Shown in pieces: positions 16,873 through 18,149 of a DNA stretch of 18,149 nt. Both the position numbers and the translations under genes were made by a program. The DNA lies in NCBI GenBank assembly GCA_046292385.1, contig JBKBRF010000079.1:1-18149 (forward strand). The letters run 5' to 3'. The stretch's first letter is position 1; the number at the start of each line of letters is the position of its first letter. The notes beneath the pieces are model-generated. The model saw only the letters and a program-made list of their open reading frames with translations, was not told the origin of the DNA and did no database searches. This stretch comes from Armatimonadota bacterium. GTDB lineage: Bacteria > Armatimonadota > SYMT01.

Positions 16873-17342
16873 TGGCCGCACCGCCAGCAACCCTCTACTC
16901 TCGACTGGCGGAGGCGCGGCGGCTGGTCGAGCGCGGCGACTATCAACGCGCCCGCGAGGAGCTGCTCGCGATCCTCAGCGCGGAGCCGAGCTGTGTGGAG
17001 GCGCTCGGGCTGCTGGACGATGCTGAAGCCCGGCTGCGGGTGGAAGCGGACCGCGAGAGCGACGTGGATAGGGACGTCGAGCTGCCGGGGCTGGAGAGCC
17101 GCTGGCAGCGAGCAGCCGCGGCCGCCGCAGGTGCAGTGTTTCTTGTTGGGGGGGCCTGTCTCACGCTCTGGGGGATCGCCGAGTACCAGCAGCGCGGCGC
17201 CCACGGCCTGATCCCCACCGTGCGAAACGGGACCGCCTTCCACACGTCCGTGTTCTGGCTAACGTGCTTCAATCTCTTCGTCACCGCCGCCGGCGCCGGG
17301 ATGCTCTGGCACGCCTACCGTGCCTGGCGCCGGACCTACTAG
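16872..17342 (+). CDS. Membrane protein with N-terminal TPR-like helical hairpin and two TM helices (156 aa)
   Basis: GTG overlaps the symporter TAG; LAEARRLVERGDYQRAREELLAILSAEP is TPR-like; two hydrophobic segments. Confidence 0.7.
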   Translation: MAAPPATLYSRLAEARRLVERGDYQRAREELLAILSAEPSCVEALGLLDDAEARLRVEADRESDVDRDVELPGLESRWQRAAAAAAGAVFLVGGACLTLWGIAEYQQRGAHGLIPTVRNGTAFHTSVFWLTCFNLFVTAAGAGMLWHAYRAWRRTY

Positions 17343-17351
17343 CTCACCAAG

Positions 17352-17552
17352 ATGGCTGCTGAACCTGACCCATCCTGGGCGGGCCGCCTCGACCGCCTCG
17401 CCGGGCGCATCGTCGATGCCGGCTTCACCACGCCGAGCAGTGCCGGGTGCGTGGGAGACCTGCTCACGCTCGTATTGGCACTACTGCTGGCGCTGCCGCT
17501 GCGACTGCTGGCGTGGTGCCTCCGCCGCTTGTGGAGCGGCCGCGGTAGCTAA
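17352..17552 (+). CDS. Small membrane protein (66 aa)
   Basis: Starts 9 bp after the preceding stop; Leu-rich TM segment; stop converges on the next gene. Confidence 0.55.
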   Translation: MAAEPDPSWAGRLDRLAGRIVDAGFTTPSSAGCVGDLLTLVLALLLALPLRLLAWCLRRLWSGRGS

Positions 17553-17564
17553 TGGCACGCAACT

Positions 17565-18005
17565 TCAGACGCGACTCAGGAGCTCTCGGTAGTTCTCGTA
17601 CTCGTTCTTCCAGTCCCCGTAGCATCCGACCAGGCGGCACTTCGGGCAGCGCAAGCCGAGATAAAGCCACTTCACGTCCTCGGATTCGCGGTAGAGCGCG
17701 ACCCCGACCGTGATCTCGAACTCCTCTGTGCCGCAAAGACATTCGGCTTCTTCGAGGTCCGCCTCTTCGAGGTAATCCTCGCTGTCCCCGATCGGGTGTT
17801 CGTGACGGCACACGGCGCAGATCCGGACCGCCGCACCTACGTTCTCGTCCACCAGCAAACGAAATCGCCCGCCGCTACAGTTGCATTTCGCATCAGCGAA
17901 GTGCTCGGCGACGTAGGCATTCGCGTCGCTGTACTCAAGTAGATAGGTTCGGATGTCCGCCTGAGCATCGCCGTACGAATACTCTCCGCGTTGTCTCAAT
18001 GCCAT
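17565..18005 (-). CDS. Cys-rich hypothetical protein with duplicated CxC...CxxC module (146 aa)
   Basis: GGAGGA SD before ATG 18005 (MALRQRGEY); CNC/CAVC and CLC/CPKC motifs. Confidence 0.8.
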   Translation of the reverse strand: MALRQRGEYSYGDAQADIRTYLLEYSDANAYVAEHFADAKCNCSGGRFRLLVDENVGAAVRICAVCRHEHPIGDSEDYLEEADLEEAECLCGTEEFEITVGVALYRESEDVKWLYLGLRCPKCRLVGCYGDWKNEYENYRELLSRV

Positions 18006-18028
18006 CTCGTCCTCCGCCGGCGACGACT

Positions 18029-18149
18029 GAGCTACCATCAGAAGGTGTGTAAACGGTGAAGGCGGTGAACCTTCCTTCTAGAGACTAGAAGCAGCCGAGG
18101 GCCAACTCGGCAAAGGAAGGAAACACCGCCATGAAAGAGATTACCGCGC
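18029..18149 (+). mobile_element. Left end of an insertion sequence (probably IS110/IS1111 family), reading out of the window; copy 2
   Basis: Exact reverse complement of 1-121; SD AAGGAAGG at 18113-18120 and ATG at 18131 (MKEITA, truncated by the window end). Confidence 0.7.

Noticed and set aside
15097..17342. 691-aa ORF 15267-17342 and antisense 597-aa ORF 15097-16890
   Set aside because: Shadows of the SSS symporter; only the portion from GTG 16872 looks like a real gene.
18006..18038. N-terminal extension MVAQSSPAEDE of the last ORF
   Set aside because: That ATG lies inside the IS repeat; a good SD precedes ATG 18005.
1..18149. Linear plasmid/phage or self-contained transposon with terminal inverted repeats
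   Set aside because: The interior has core genes (rpsT, murJ) and no replication, terminal-protein or transposase gene. The repeats end mid-ORF, as expected for a contig break at a multicopy IS.

Overview
This 18.1-kb GC-rich bacterial chromosomal segment carries core genes rpsT and murJ; an Armatimonadota/Terrabacteria-like host is my inference from protein style only. The first and last 121 bases are an exact inverted repeat. Each copy reads outward as a structured leader, an SD and ATG-AAA-GAG-ATT-ACC-GCG (MKEITA...), most likely the left ends of two copies of one IS (probably IS110/IS1111 family) at which the contig breaks. Bases ~122-2526 look like the tail of an island integrated at tRNA-Ser(TGA): small unrecognised ORFs, phased arm-type repeats, then an orphan tRNA 3' half (att site) with its terminator. 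The rest holds an RRM RNA-binding protein with a long structured leader and a translationally coupled ECF sigma / single-TM anti-sigma-like / exported STN-like plus Cys-ribbon protein operon. It also holds rpsT, murJ, a CE15 esterase, a DinB-family protein with an SOS-box-like operator, a Tat sulfatase, an Fes-like esterase, an SSS symporter and small membrane or Cys-rich proteins. Several REP-like palindromes and short tandem repeats lie between genes. All family calls are from motif recognition by eye; no database searches were run.
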